Source of the DNA: Octopus bimaculoides
Taxonomy: Eukaryota
Length of the DNA: 64,000 nucleotides
Reading direction: 5' to 3'
Assembly: GCF_001194135.2 (NCBI RefSeq)
Contig: NC_068982.1
Span: 130,508,507-130,572,506, forward strand
The notes beneath the pieces were generated by a model. It saw only the letters and a program-made list of their open reading frames with translations, was not told the origin of the DNA and made no database searches. The position numbers were made by a program, and so were the translations under genes. Shown in pieces: positions 1 to 12,651 of this stretch (position 1 is its first letter; each line of letters begins with the position of its first letter).

Positions 1-3000
1 CAAAAGGAAATTGTGACTTGATTTGGAGAAAGAATGCTAATATTTTTTAATATATGCAGAAAACGGCATAAGGAGAGGACAGTCGAATAAATTCACATTC
101 CTAATGGATACTTGAGTCGATAGTTTATTTTATTGACCCTAAAAGAATGAAACATAAAGGTAACCACTGTTGCATTTGCAGTACTTGACTGCTATTTATT
201 TTACAGATTTCAGAAGAGTAAAAGGCAAAGATGAACTCGAGGAGAGTTTATCATTCGGGAAGTTTACCATTCTTTCTAACAATCCTGCAAATCCACTACC
301 CTGTAACAGATTATAAATAAATAGTGATTATTTTATATTTGTCCAAAGAAAGTTGAACTACCGATTGAATGAAAACAGTTTAAAAGCGAAGTCAATCTTA
401 TATTCGAAGACTACTGGGGCGCAAAACTCAGGGAATGTCAAACATCAAGCCCTTCGAATATCAAATAAATTGAATTGCTGTCAGGAGGAGAAATTTTAAT
501 GTTTTGGGCTATTAAAGCTTCAGCAGAGAGTGAAAAGATAGAGTTCTTTGCTAAACTGTAATTACCTTACCGTAATTGAAATTTTTCGTTGTTCCTCAAA
601 TTCTCCCTTTGGTGCATTGTTTTCTGACACAGACTACCACCAAATATTTCCAAATCCAGGACTATATCCTAATGTAGCTTTAACATCGTTTATCTAACGA
701 GACACAATTTCTTAAGTTCTCTTCTAGTAAATTCTTTTACAGTCTTTCTTTAGCAAGCGAGGACTTCAAGACATCCGTCACATTTAAATGATCTTCTACA
801 TGGTTGGTCGATCTTCAAGAAATAGTAACTAAATTTCCATAACTTAAATTACATTCTGCCGCTGTGAAAAGGGAAGGGCACATTGGATAATGTAGTCTCA
901 GATACACAAAACTTAGTGTTTGTTCAGAAAATACAGATTTGGTGCTAAACAACAATAATATCAACAGTGCAACTTAGTATTTAGTAATGAACCTAAAATA
1001 TAATATTGGAGGAAAATTAGTACTAAATCTTGATGTTATTATCAAACAATAATTGGTATCTGCGTTCTGCAAAAATACTTCATGTACAGGACTGGGTTTT
1101 CATAGCTTTTGACTGAAACTGACTCCTGGCTATTTATAAATCTAATATTGAAGCCCGTTATGTAAAATTACGTAAAATGGGTCTCACTAACAATATTGTT
1201 TTCTCACACAGGTACAAGGCCTCAAATTTAGAGGAGGGCAATAGTTGATTTCAATGACCCCTGTACTAGATTGGTACATTATTTAATCGATTTCTGATGT
1301 ATGAAAGGATCTCGGTAGGTTTTGACTCAGAATGTAAAGATCCATAATCATATTATTCAAGATATTTTGTCCGACTCGTTAACGGTTTTGTCTGTCCACG
1401 GCTCTATATTGAAAAGAAATTACACACTCGCGCACAGAAAAAAGAGATTGTGCATCCGGCAACGATTTGACGTTACTCACACTTCAGAAGTAACTGCACC
1501 ACTATATTCGAGGCAAACATTTATTTGTTTTTCTTATTCCCAAAATGTTAAATCAGAATACATTCGTCAACAATTTTGTGTTTAAAACTATCTGTATATT
1601 ATTCTGAAAGTTGAAATAATGCTAACCAGCAAACTTTTTTTTAAAGAAATTGGTGGTTATCTGCCTTGAATACAAGGAATACAGACTACTGAAAGTATCT
1701 ATTATTAGACATTTAGTGCTGCCCAATTTTCCATTTGAGACTATAAAGTTCCTTAGCATTTATAGTATAATTGGCAATATTGTTTAGATAGCGATTTGAT
1801 GCTAAATGAAGATATTGTGCCAACATTCTTTCAAAATTACTAACTTCTCAATAAAGAGACGTTCTATCGTGTAACACCTATGAAGCATGTCTACATGATA
1901 CATACAGAAACACATACACACATCATACAGACATACAGAGAAAATGTATATGACTGTCTATAAGGTGTGTTAGTATGTGTAAATATAATATATAAATATA
2001 CATAGATAAAAGATGTATATATTTACACGTGTGTATGTGTATGCATATATTTTCGTTTATGTTTGTTTACACATATATACATACATGTAGCATACATACA
2101 ATAGCTTGATTAATAAATGTCTAGTAAAGTGTAGATTCAAATATTGCTTTAACAATCGATGGTACTATGCTGCGTATTCCATCCTATCACTCAAACTTTA
2201 ATGCTCCAGATATTTAAATGTAGTTATATTAACAGATGTGTGTAGCGATGACATAGCATAATTGACGTATGTTCTCATTTGTTGTTCTAAATTTAATGCT
2301 TTTAATAGTCCTGATAATAATATTGGGAAATTGTTTTCATATCGTTCCTTGAATTATCGTGTTAAGATAAGGAAATGTTCAGAGTTGCTCTGAAATATCA
2401 ACGGATCATGGGACATGGCTTTTTAAAAGATAACTAACAGTAATAAGTCAACAAACACGTTCTTTCATTTCCAACAGTATGCTTATGGACTACTTTGTAT
2501 ATTGTGTCCTTCTACTTCTTAAGACGTTGGCTTGTCAAAAGAGTTCATGAAGTCTCTCTTGTTTATGACTGTACATAGATGCGAGGAAATTTAAGTGGGT
2601 ATGCATGCAGATTTATATGCTTGTATACGTCTATGTATATTTGAATCTATGTGTATGTGTAAGTGTGCGTAGATGTCTATTTGGTATTTGATGCTGTTTT
2701 ATGTATGCATGTATTTATGCTCGCTTGCGTTTATACGTAGGCGTGAGTGTACATGTACTGTTTGCTTTTCTCTCAAGCGTATATATGAGTATGTGTGAGT
2801 ATAACTGTTTGCATATCTGGACAGTGTTTCCATGCTGTTACTTTCCTCACCTCCCTTCAACGAATTTTAAAAATAAATCTTCTGTTGTTGCTGTGTTCCT
2901 TTTATTTTCTTACTAACAAAAAGTTCTGCTTGAGACGTTTGACTTCTCTTCCTCTTCCCCTAAAATAATTCCTATGTTTCATTAGTTTGTATTGCTTTAT

Positions 3001-3511
3001 GCAAAATATCATTATTTTTTAAATATATATTTAACTGTTTTACACGCTAATTATTTGAAGCTTCGATCTTATTGCTGTAATTTACGCAGATATTCCACAG
3101 TTTTTAAGTATTTCGAAACTGCACCATTTACTTATTGTCTGTCTGTCTGTCTGTCTCTCTCTTAACTGTTATGAAAGTTTGTGCCATTACTCAGGGAACA
3201 GCTCACTACTAATGACACTAGTGAACTCTAGACCCTTCAACAAAGATGTTAGCATTTTACTCATTTGGCCCATTGACACATTTTCTAAAACAAAAAAGAA
3301 AATGCATATTACAAAGCACTTCATTTTGTCAATACATTTTAATACGAGTAATGGTTTACCACTGAAGAAATGTACTAATTTAGTCATTCTTTGCAGTATC
3401 TTTACAATATAACAAAATGAATTTCAACAGGTTAAAATATCGGTTTCATTTAACGCTTAGTAAGAATAACATAAAATTGCACTGATAAATATAATGTTAA
3501 TATTTTGTCGA

Positions 3512-4510
3512 GCGAATTCCGCCGAGGTCTACTTTACTTTTCATCCTTTCGGGGTCCATAAAATAAGTACCAGTTAAGCACTTGGATTGATGTAATCGAC
3601 TTACCACCTGCTGCGAAATGTGCTTGCCTTGTACCAAAATTTGAAACCGATATTATGTGAATGTCTAAGGCGGCCATTTGGCAGAATCATTAGCACGCCA
3701 GGCAAAATGTTTTGCAGTATTTCATTCGTCTTAACGTTCTGGGTTCAATTCCTGTCGACTTTGTCTTTCACTTTTGTTTTTGGTCGCGGGTAGCATCGAT
3801 AAAATAAGTGCCAGTTGAGCACTGGGACGGTGGAATCGATTTACTCCCTTCACGCGAAATCTGCTAGTCTCGTGCCAAAATTTGAAACCAATATTTTTTT
3901 GAGGAAGTTATTCTGGTTGTTTACACACTGGTTTCAAATCCCGTCGAAGTCAACTTAACTTTTCATCCTCTCGGGCTCGGTAAGTCAAGTACTGGGGCAA
4001 TATCATTGACATACAAGGCAGCGAGCTGGCAGAAACGTTAGCACTCCGGGCGAAATGCTTAGCGGTATTTCGTCTGTCTTTACGTTCTGAATTCAAATTC
4101 CGCCGAAGTCGACTGTGCCTTTCATCTTTTCGGGGTCGATGAATTAAGTACCAGTTGCGTACTGGGGTCGATCAATCGACTGGCCCTCATCCCCAAATTT
4201 TCGGGCCTTATGTCTAGAGTAGAAAAGAATATTATTGACTTACTCCTTCCTCTCAGAATTGCAGGCCTTATGCCTATGTCAAAAACCATAAAGCGGTGAG
4301 CTGGCAGAATAATAAGACTGCCAGAAAAAATACTTCGTCGTATCGTTCCGTTTCTTTACGTTACAAGTTTAAATCCCGCCGAGGTCTTTGCCTTTCATCT
4401 TCTCGAGGTCAATAAAATATATACACCCATCAAGTATTTGGGTCGACGGAACTGACTAAACCTCTTCCTTTAAAACTGCAGGCCTTGTGCCAAAATTAGA
4501 AACCAATATT
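3512..4510 (+). mobile_element. Cluster of ~5 same-orientation tRNA-derived SINE copies (family A), partly nested
   Basis: Repeated body TTCAAATTCCGCCGAGGTCGACTTTGCCTTTCATCCTTTCGGGGTCGAT-AAATAAGTACCAGTT in degenerate form at ~3515, ~3740, ~3935, ~4070 and ~4370. Heads of the type GGCGGCGAGCTGGCAGAATC (Pol III A-box-like) at ~3668, ~4015 and ~4290. Confidence 0.9.
4011..4227 (+). mobile_element. Full-length SINE-A inserted inside an older SINE-A, with 12-bp TSD
   Basis: A-box-like TGGCAGAAACG and B-box-like GAATTCAAATTCC. Flanked by AATATCATTGAC (3999-4010) and AATATTATTGAC (4228-4239). The host copy resumes after the right TSD. Confidence 0.85.
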
Positions 4511-5041
4511 TGTTAGCTAATTAGTATTGAAAAAGGCGCTAAGCGATGCTCAAATATTTATTTTAAAATACTGGAGAATTCCCCAAATAGTATTTTACTT
4601 TTATTTGTTTCTTTAACGCAGCAGCTGATGTAGTGCAAACTGTAGACACTATACCCTTGGTAATGTAATATAATTACTTGTTTGCCTAACGATTTTAGGC
4701 CATTTGTCAAGAGTAGACATCGAGTAAAATAAAAAAATATATAAAGAAATTATTTCCTTGATACGTTATGGGACATAACATTCTTTGTTACTTAAACTTT
4801 ATAAGAAATCCCTACGACAATGTAGATTACGAAATAGAAACCCTGTTAAGGAACCATGTATGTGTAGAGATTAGTTAAGATGGTGGACGATATATTGATG
4901 ATTAACGGTCTTGATGAATATCGGAATACATTCTTTACTTCAGTTTCAGCTTATCTCAGCATATTTTCTAACTTCGAATGACAAGTAACTTGATATTATC
5001 TTAAACTTCGCATTGACATCCGCTAACTTGACTATGTATGG

Positions 5042-5220
5042 AATATACCAAGAATGTATATCTAGTAGTCAGTTTCCATTACAAGAATGTAATTTCTGTT
5101 GGAAACGAATTAATATGTATACACATATATATGAAATATACCAAGAATGTATATCTAGTAGTCAGTTTCCATTACAAGAATGTAATTTCTGTTGGAAACG
5201 AATTAATATGTATACACATA
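5042..5220. repeat. Perfect tandem duplication, 93-bp period
   Basis: 5042-5127 is identical to 5135-5220 (AATATACCAAGAATG...TATACACATA). The overlapping ORFs show the same 31-aa repeat. Confidence 0.95.
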
Positions 5221-5399
5221 CATATAGATACACATACTCATAAAACACTAACATACACAAGCATATGTATCGACATACATACACACACACACACACACAC
5301 ATCTATATATCTGCTTTACTGGCTCAGTGTGCTGCTGTTTATACAAACATTGCGCCTAAAAGAAGACTATTCTTCTCACTTGAAATCATTAACCCAACT

Positions 5400-5700
5400 G
5401 ACCAGCATGCATTAATCTCAAGCTTATAATCTCGTCTCTTTGTTCAATCACTTTTACAAAGGCGTCTCTTCTGAAATACTCTGAGATATAGTTTCTACAA
5501 CCAGGCCTACCATTCTTTCCTTATTTGTCGCTTTTTGTCTCACCTCACCTCCTTAGGAACCACCTTATGTTGTGTCTCCCTCCTAAGAACTGCAAGACTC
5601 TGGAATTATCTATCCGTCCACAGTTTCCCCGTAGATGTTAGCCTTCATGTGTTCAAAGTAAACATCGACCACGTCAGTCTCTGAACAACGAATAATGGTA
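5400..5700 (+). mobile_element. Decayed 3' fragment of a CR1/Jockey-like LINE
   Basis: Broken translation resembles the LINE ORF2 C-terminus (SLFNHFYKG... and a RLWN-like segment AGACTCTGGAAT). A similar 3' end appears on the minus strand at ~51330-51450 (VDLQLFKRNFLDINL). Confidence 0.4.
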
Positions 5701-7889
5701 GAGTTTTGGTAAATATGACAAAACATGAACAAAGACGGGTCAAGCGAAAAGTTTGAATGGATTTTTTTTTTACCTGCGTGCAATAGAATGACAAAGAGAA
5801 AAAAAAATGAAGCGCACGCACTCGCGTTAGTTTTAATTAAATGTAGGTAGTTGAGCTCTATTTGATTTATGATACAGAAAGTAAAGTTCATGAATTTGAT
5901 TTTGCGAATGCAAGTCTGAATGAGTTTTCCTGTAAACATAACAGTTTTGTAATATAATTCTAAATATAAACATATAATTTAGGTGTAACATCAAACACAT
6001 TTTCGGTTTGCATTTAATTCATATTTACTATGTTAATTCTATAAGTCAAAGAATGAGTAAATAACTATCTTAGTCCTTCGTATAGTGTTTCTCACGACCA
6101 TAAACTTACATTCGAAGTCTCTCATCCTCAAATTTAGATTCGCAGTCTCTTGCGTTCCTAAATTTAAACCCACGCCTGGACGACGATATCTATCCTACTC
6201 CAAGAGCTACACCTCCAATAATCTTATAACTCTAACAATGAAGAATTTATAAGATTTTCCAAGGAAAAGTATAATACTACTAATACATTCTGTAGGCTTA
6301 TTAGGAGGGGGAGTAACTCTAGCACAGTGAGTCAATGAAACATTTGTCAATTATACGGTACTTCAACTTCCTATGCTGAACTGTATTAGCTGTACTTATA
6401 TGTTATATGAAAGGTGTCAGAGACAATGAGGTGCATTGCCACAAACACAACACAACGATGATGAACAGATATCAAATATAATCAGTTCAGACGTCAACCA
6501 TTATTGGATTCGAACTGAGAACATGTAAACGCATTTAAAAGCTTCATGTAATTATTATATTACTGTTTCAAAGCATTTAATCATGCACACTGATATTTCT
6601 ACCTAGCACTCATCACAACAAAAAATGAAGATCAATATTTTGTTGATATAGCAGACTGAAGATATCACAGTACAATAGTGGTACTTATTTCAACGAGCTC
6701 GAGAGATGAAAGGTAAAAAGTGAACGGGTAGAATTTGAACTAAAAATGTAAAGGAATGTAATTAGATGCGGCAAAGTAAATGTAATCAGCCACTACTCTA
6801 TACATTTTACCACCCACGCCCACATTGTTTAACCCAAATACTAGAGGAACCTGTACACTGACCTTATGTCGGTTAGGATAATATCAATCGATTCCACCTC
6901 TACCTCAGTCGAGATATTTGATATTTTCTCTGGTCATAGATTTACTCTAAAGCAAGTTTGAAGGTGAGCATTCTTACCGAGTGCTGTGAATGATTGTTTG
7001 AAAGAAACGAAGCAACCGCAAGACAATAGTAACAATGCAATGTAAATATTAGGGATATTTTCAAATGTCATTAGGGCGGTAAGAATTGACTGGAAAGGAA
7101 AACCAGAGTGACTCAGTAAGTAACATGAACAGCAGCAGCAACATTTTCTTGGCGTCTCTAGTGATATTGTCAGCCACTGCTGATTTGCTTTTGTCTTCAT
7201 ATTATGAGGAAGCTATTGAGTTGAATATCATTTAGAAATAATCTAGAGTAAAAGAGAAAAATATCCTGGGATTAAAGCTGATACACAAATGTTATAGTCA
7301 AAAGCAAGGAAATGGATGAACACTTTGTTACTTTTGACAGTTTAACAATAGTTTATAGCATGATACAAACTCGTGATCTCTAAGTTAGATAAAACTTGGC
7401 TATTTCAGTAATATTGCAAACACGAAAGAGGGTAAAATCATAGGTGTTTTGGGAAACACCAAGCACACTTGTACAAAATATGTTGTATGTCCCCAGTTTA
7501 TGATGTCTACTTCTGAAATGGATGAAATATTGGGGTTTAATATTCATTTCTAATACTGACAAGAAATTTGAAAGAAAAGAATGATTAACTAAAATAGCCC
7601 CTAGTATTTGGAAGATACATTATTTCATCGACTTAGGAATGATGAAAGTCAAAGTCTTCCTAAGTGAGATTTGAACGCAGCATAAATGTAAGCAACTAAA
7701 TATGGTAGAACAATGTTTCAAGCGTCTGGCTACAATAGATTTCTTATATATTCACAATGCTTTACATGTGGAGGAAGGTTATAACTGCTTATATTAATCC
7801 AGTCATTTCAACTGTTATTTTTTAATCGACCTCCAGATGAACAAACGGAAATGTTGATCATAGTAGGATTTGAACACCAGCGAGTAAAG

Positions 7890-8008
7890 GTGGCATTTAT
7901 TTTATCAAGCCCGAAAGGATCAAATGCAGAGTCGACTCAGTGGAATTTGAACTCGGACTGTTAAGCATTTTGCCCGGCGTGCTAACGATACTGCCAACTC
8001 ACCGCCTT
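7890..8008 (-). mobile_element. SINE-A, internally deleted
   Basis: Reverse complement reads AAGGCGGTGAGTTGGCAGTATCGTTAGCACGCCGGGCAAAATGCTTAAC...GAGTTCAAATTCC. Confidence 0.85.
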
Positions 8009-8594
8009 AGACGTTCAAATGAAAAAAACAAAAACAAAAAAAAAACAGAAATAAAGAAAATTACTAGTCAATAAATCTAATACTGCAAAGCATTCTAGGG
8101 CAACTATCGCCTACCTTTAAATCATTCATAATTGATTCTCACATGAGCAAAAAGTCAGAAATGTGTAGGGAAGAGTTAATCGATATTCATGACTGGTACT
8201 TTATTTTATCGATCTCTGAAGCATGATCAGCAAGGTTGACCACATCAAGATTTGAACTCTGAACATGAAGAGAATCAGAACAAATACTGCTGTCTATATT
8301 TATTTTAGCTTTTTTTTTAAGGCGTTGTTTCTATGGCAGGAAGCCATTATGAGCTGATATGTAAACAGAAAGAGAAAATAAAATTAAGTCCAAAACAATA
8401 ACAAAACTTATGTCTCTCTCAGCAGAGATGTAAACGTCCAACGCGTTCCAGGTGGCTCTCTATTGAAAACTATCCAAAAGGGAATATTTTCCTTTAGTTT
8501 TTCTTCGTAAAAGAATTCAAAAATTCTCAAAGACTTTGTAACAAATCCATACACGCAAACTCAACAACAGCAGTAGCAAAAAAAATAATGTTTA

Positions 8595-8778
8595 TTTTGG
8601 CACAAGGTCAGCAATTTTTAGCTGTTTATTCGATTACATCGACTGCCTTACTTAATTTTATCGACTGCAACAGGATGAAAGGCAAATTTGACTGCGGCAG
8701 AAATTGAATTCAGAACGTAAAGAGCCAGAAGAAATGCATTTGTCCCCCGCACTTCTTTTCTGCCAGCTCGTTCCCTTA
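8595..8778 (-). mobile_element. SINE-A
   Basis: Reverse complement has a GAGCTGGCAGAA head, TTACGTTCTGAATTCAATTTCTGCCGCAGTC and TTTGCCTTTCATCC. Confidence 0.8.
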
Positions 8779-9808
8779 ATAAAACTAATAATAATCTTTT
8801 CTGCCATAGGCACAAATCTAGAAACTTTTGGTGGGAGGGGGCTAGCCAGTTGCATCGACCCCAGCTAAGCGTTTTATCCACTATGCTAATTATTCTTCAA
8901 GCTCGTAGCATTACTACTACTACTAATAATAATGGTTTCGAATTTTGCCACAACGGCAACAACTTAGTACTGTAAATTGCAAAAAATAGAGGCACAGTCT
9001 ATGCTAATGCAAGCTATTTTTTAATTAAGCGTTCACGCAGTTTTTGTTCAGAAATTCAAACAATGAATGATGTGACATTAAAATTTAAAACTGAAATTAT
9101 TGTTTGGGTATTTTGAATATAAAAGGCATGGATCTAATTTCCTTCAGATTGTAATCAGATAATTGTGAGTAAAGGGAAAATAATGGACATGGTTAAAAGC
9201 TAATAATAAAGTAAATACTTTAAGACAAACCAAATCCTATTTTCTCATGAGAAGTTCCTCATTTTACATTACTTTATAATTATAATTAAAAAGAGGAACA
9301 GAAAATTCTTCAGCGAAATAACAGATTTGTGTTCTTTGTTAAAAGGGAAGTAATTGAAAGTGACAGTTAAGTGTAAGGGAGATATGTTGCGTAATTATGT
9401 ACCTGACCATTTCTTGTCTGGCATTAGGCTGGCAGCAATTAATTGCCAGTCCGTATTGCTATAGATCAAAACAGTTGATAGTGTCTGGATCCAAGCTATT
9501 TGGTTTTAAGAATACCGCAACAAAGATAAATCTATCAATAAATTAAACATTTGGAAAACAAATTGAACATCTGTAAAATTAGTGAATGTAGTAATGATGA
9601 TGATTGCTCCGGAAGTTTTCATTGTTACAATGTTCATTAAAACCCAAAGGATTCCTATATCTTTCAATACCAGTATTTCAGCTGAAGAAAGTGGGCATGA
9701 ATTCAACTAGAATATAATACAAAGAAACATCCAGCATCTGGATGAAGAAATTATTAGAAAGTTATATGAAGATATTACTTTCCTTTTCTTCTTCTTATGG
9801 GATTACAT

Positions 9809-10030
9809 AAGGCGGCGAGCTGGTAGAATGATTAGAAAGCTGGAAAAAATGTCTAGCGGCGTTTCATCCATATTTGTGTTCTGAGTTCAAATTCCGCTGA
9901 GATTTACTTTGCCTTCTTTACTTTCGGAATCGATGAAATAAGTACTAGATGGGCACTGGAATTGATGCAATCCACTAGGCCCCGCCTCCCAACAAAACAC
10001 TTCAGGTCTTGTGTTTATAATACAAAAGAT
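9809..10030 (+). mobile_element. SINE-A
   Basis: AAGGCGGCGAGCTGGTAGAATG head, GTTCTGAGTTCAAATTCCGC B-box region, GATGAAATAAGTAC core and an ATTATT tail. Confidence 0.85.
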
Positions 10031-10431
10031 TATTATGGAATTACATCAAGGGATTTTAAATTCAACTACATTGAGTATATATTATTTTCCTCAAGATGCA
10101 ATATTTGAAAGAAGCTAGTTTCCTAATGCTTGTAACCAATTTATTACGTTTTCAGGTCTGTAGGAATATTTTAGTCTCAATATTTACAATATCAATAAAA
10201 GAAACGACTTGCTTTTTCCTGGCGTTGCGTATTGGACAAAACGTTACAGAGGACCAACACATTAATGCTGTCAACTCTTCTAATAGAATGAATACTCCTG
10301 AGAGAAGCACAAGTCATTGTTGTATATAATTGGAATATTTCGTTCGTACTCATAATTGAGCGCAAAATATCCAGAGGATACTGGAGGAAAGTATCACAAT
10401 AACATCAACAACCGCAATATTAGAAGCCACA

Positions 10432-10648
10432 AGAGCGGCGAGCAGGCAGAATCATTAGCACGTCGGGCGAAATGCTTAGCGGTATTTCGTCTGCCGTTAC
10501 GTTCTGAATTCAAATTCCGCCGAGGTCGACTTTGCCTTTCATCCTTTCGGGGTCGATTAAATAAGTACCAGTTGTACACTGGGGCTGATGTAATCGACTT
10601 AATCCTTTTGTCTGTCCTTGTTTGTCCACTGTGGGTAATAAAGAAATA
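10432..10648 (+). mobile_element. Young full-length SINE-A with 16-bp TSD and a variant 3' tail
   Basis: Best-preserved copy. Flanked by AATATTAGAAGCCACA (10416-10431) and AATATTAGCAGCCACA (10649-10664). The tail TGTCCTTGTTTGTCC...GTGGGTAATAAAGAAAT differs from the copy at 4011. Confidence 0.92.
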
Positions 10649-11299
10649 AATATTAGCAGCCACACGAAAACAACACTTGGCATCCTCTAAATGTTAACAT
10701 ATTAGCCACAGGAAGCACAATGTACCTAAATCCAATTCAGTCACAATTAAACATAAGCCACAAAGTTTTGATATACAACGAAATGTATAACGTCCATACT
10801 TCTTTTACAGATATATATATAATACTTCAGCCTCAAGAGAAAAATAGAACGAAAACTGTCACGCGGAGTTAGAATCAAGCAGAATGCTTCAGTTTTAAAA
10901 GACTGTATCGTTCAAAATTTTCCAAGATAATCAGTGGCAGAAGGAAATCAAAACAGGATAGCAGAATTGGATTCCTGCATAGTTGGTGCCGCTGCAATGA
11001 GATACGTCATTTAATAGGGGATTGTTTTATATTGTTAGAAAGGGTGTTATCTGGAACTATACAATATACCAAACAGCGTTTAGTTTCGACTCTGTGTTTT
11101 GATTTTTAAGACAATTGAATTTCGACCTATCAGGATCAATTAGACAAGTAGGAGTTCTATTAAATTGTCTAAACTAGTTTCTCTACAAAATCTGGTTTTA
11201 GACGGAAAGTGAGCAAACCAATATTTGTCACACAATGGCTAAAATTTCTAGGGGACTGATGTAATCAACAAAATAAAACAAGAATATTTTTATTTCAGA

Positions 11300-11351
11300 G
11301 GTGTGTGCGTGTGAGAGAGAGGGGGGAGAGAAAGAGAGAAAGAGGAACAGA

Positions 11352-11410
<59 letters not shown>
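11300..11410. repeat. (AG)n microsatellite / polypurine tract
   Basis: Direct reading. Confidence 0.95.
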
Positions 11411-12330
11411 TATGAAACGGTGTGAAGCATTTTCCTGACCGTTTACCGCTCCAGACCTCTTTGAAGAGACTATTTTAGATAACATACATGCAAAAGATAA
11501 GAGAGTAAAGACTCGAGTTAAAGAAAAAGCACTATATATTTTATTAAACATCTATTAACAATATTCTTAGCATGAAACTAGGATGATGTTATCGAAAATA
11601 AGTTCGATGAATAAGGCTTGGAAAACATTTACAAATTGAAACCAATTTTTATGATTAATTGAAAGCATGCTATAAGTTTCAAAGTCAATCGCAGTTGCAT
11701 TCATATATTTTCAACTATGACTGTGAAATTATGAAGAGGAATGCTGTATAACCAAACGGTTATAATCCGTCTTTTTCATCATCCTGTCTCTCTCTTTGTG
11801 TGTGTTTGTGCGTGTGTATGTGTGTGTGTGACGTCCTTATTTTCTTCTGTCTACATATGAAGCAGTAGCAATCATATATATATATATATATATATATGTA
11901 TAANNNNNNNNNNNNNNNNNNNNNNNNNNNNNNNNNNNNNNNNNNNNNNNNNNNNNNNNNNNNNNNNNNNNATATATTTATATATATATTAAATTCAAAT
12001 TACGGTAAACTTAAACAAACAAACGAAGTTTGCTTTTAGAAGCGTTGAGATGTCTTAGAAAGTGATTTTAAATTCTCAGTCGCAGGATAATGCTAATAAT
12101 ATAGCCTGAACAAGATAAACTACCCCTACTTTTGCAGAAAAAAGTGTAGGCGGATCGAGGTGTAGGGAGAAAATCAGCTTCAAGCATTCCGTAGTAAATA
12201 TAAAAAACAACTTTCAGGGACATCAATTGTGGATTTTTTCTTATCGAAGTACAATAAATTGAAAAAAGTTCTTTTTATATTTCACGGCAGACAACCAGGG
12301 TTGCCGGGTATGGGAATAAGAATACAAGAG

Positions 12331-12607
12331 TTAATGAGTGTAATAGATAAGATCCGAGCTACATATGTTTCATAGAGAGCGGAACCTCGGAAATGGTAAA
12401 TATCCAGGCGAGATGTATGCTGCAGGCTACTCTTCAGGCCAAGGATATCTTGATGAAATGAAAGTTTACATTGTTGCAAGGAGGTACATGTTAACACATG
12501 GAAGAGTAGCCTCTGCGGTATACACCTCGCTTGGACATTTACCACTTCGGAGGTTCTGCTCGCTATGAAACACATGTAGCCCAGATCTTATATCTTCCAT
12601 CCCTTAA
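12331..12607. mobile_element. MITE-like hairpin: ~90-bp inverted arms, TTAA at both outer ends
   Basis: Arm 12345-12435 matches the reverse complement of 12501-12595 with ~12 substitutions (mostly transitions) and 2 small indels. TTAA at 12331-12334 and 12604-12607. Confidence 0.7.
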
Positions 12608-12612
12608 CTCTG

Positions 12613-12651
<39 letters not shown>

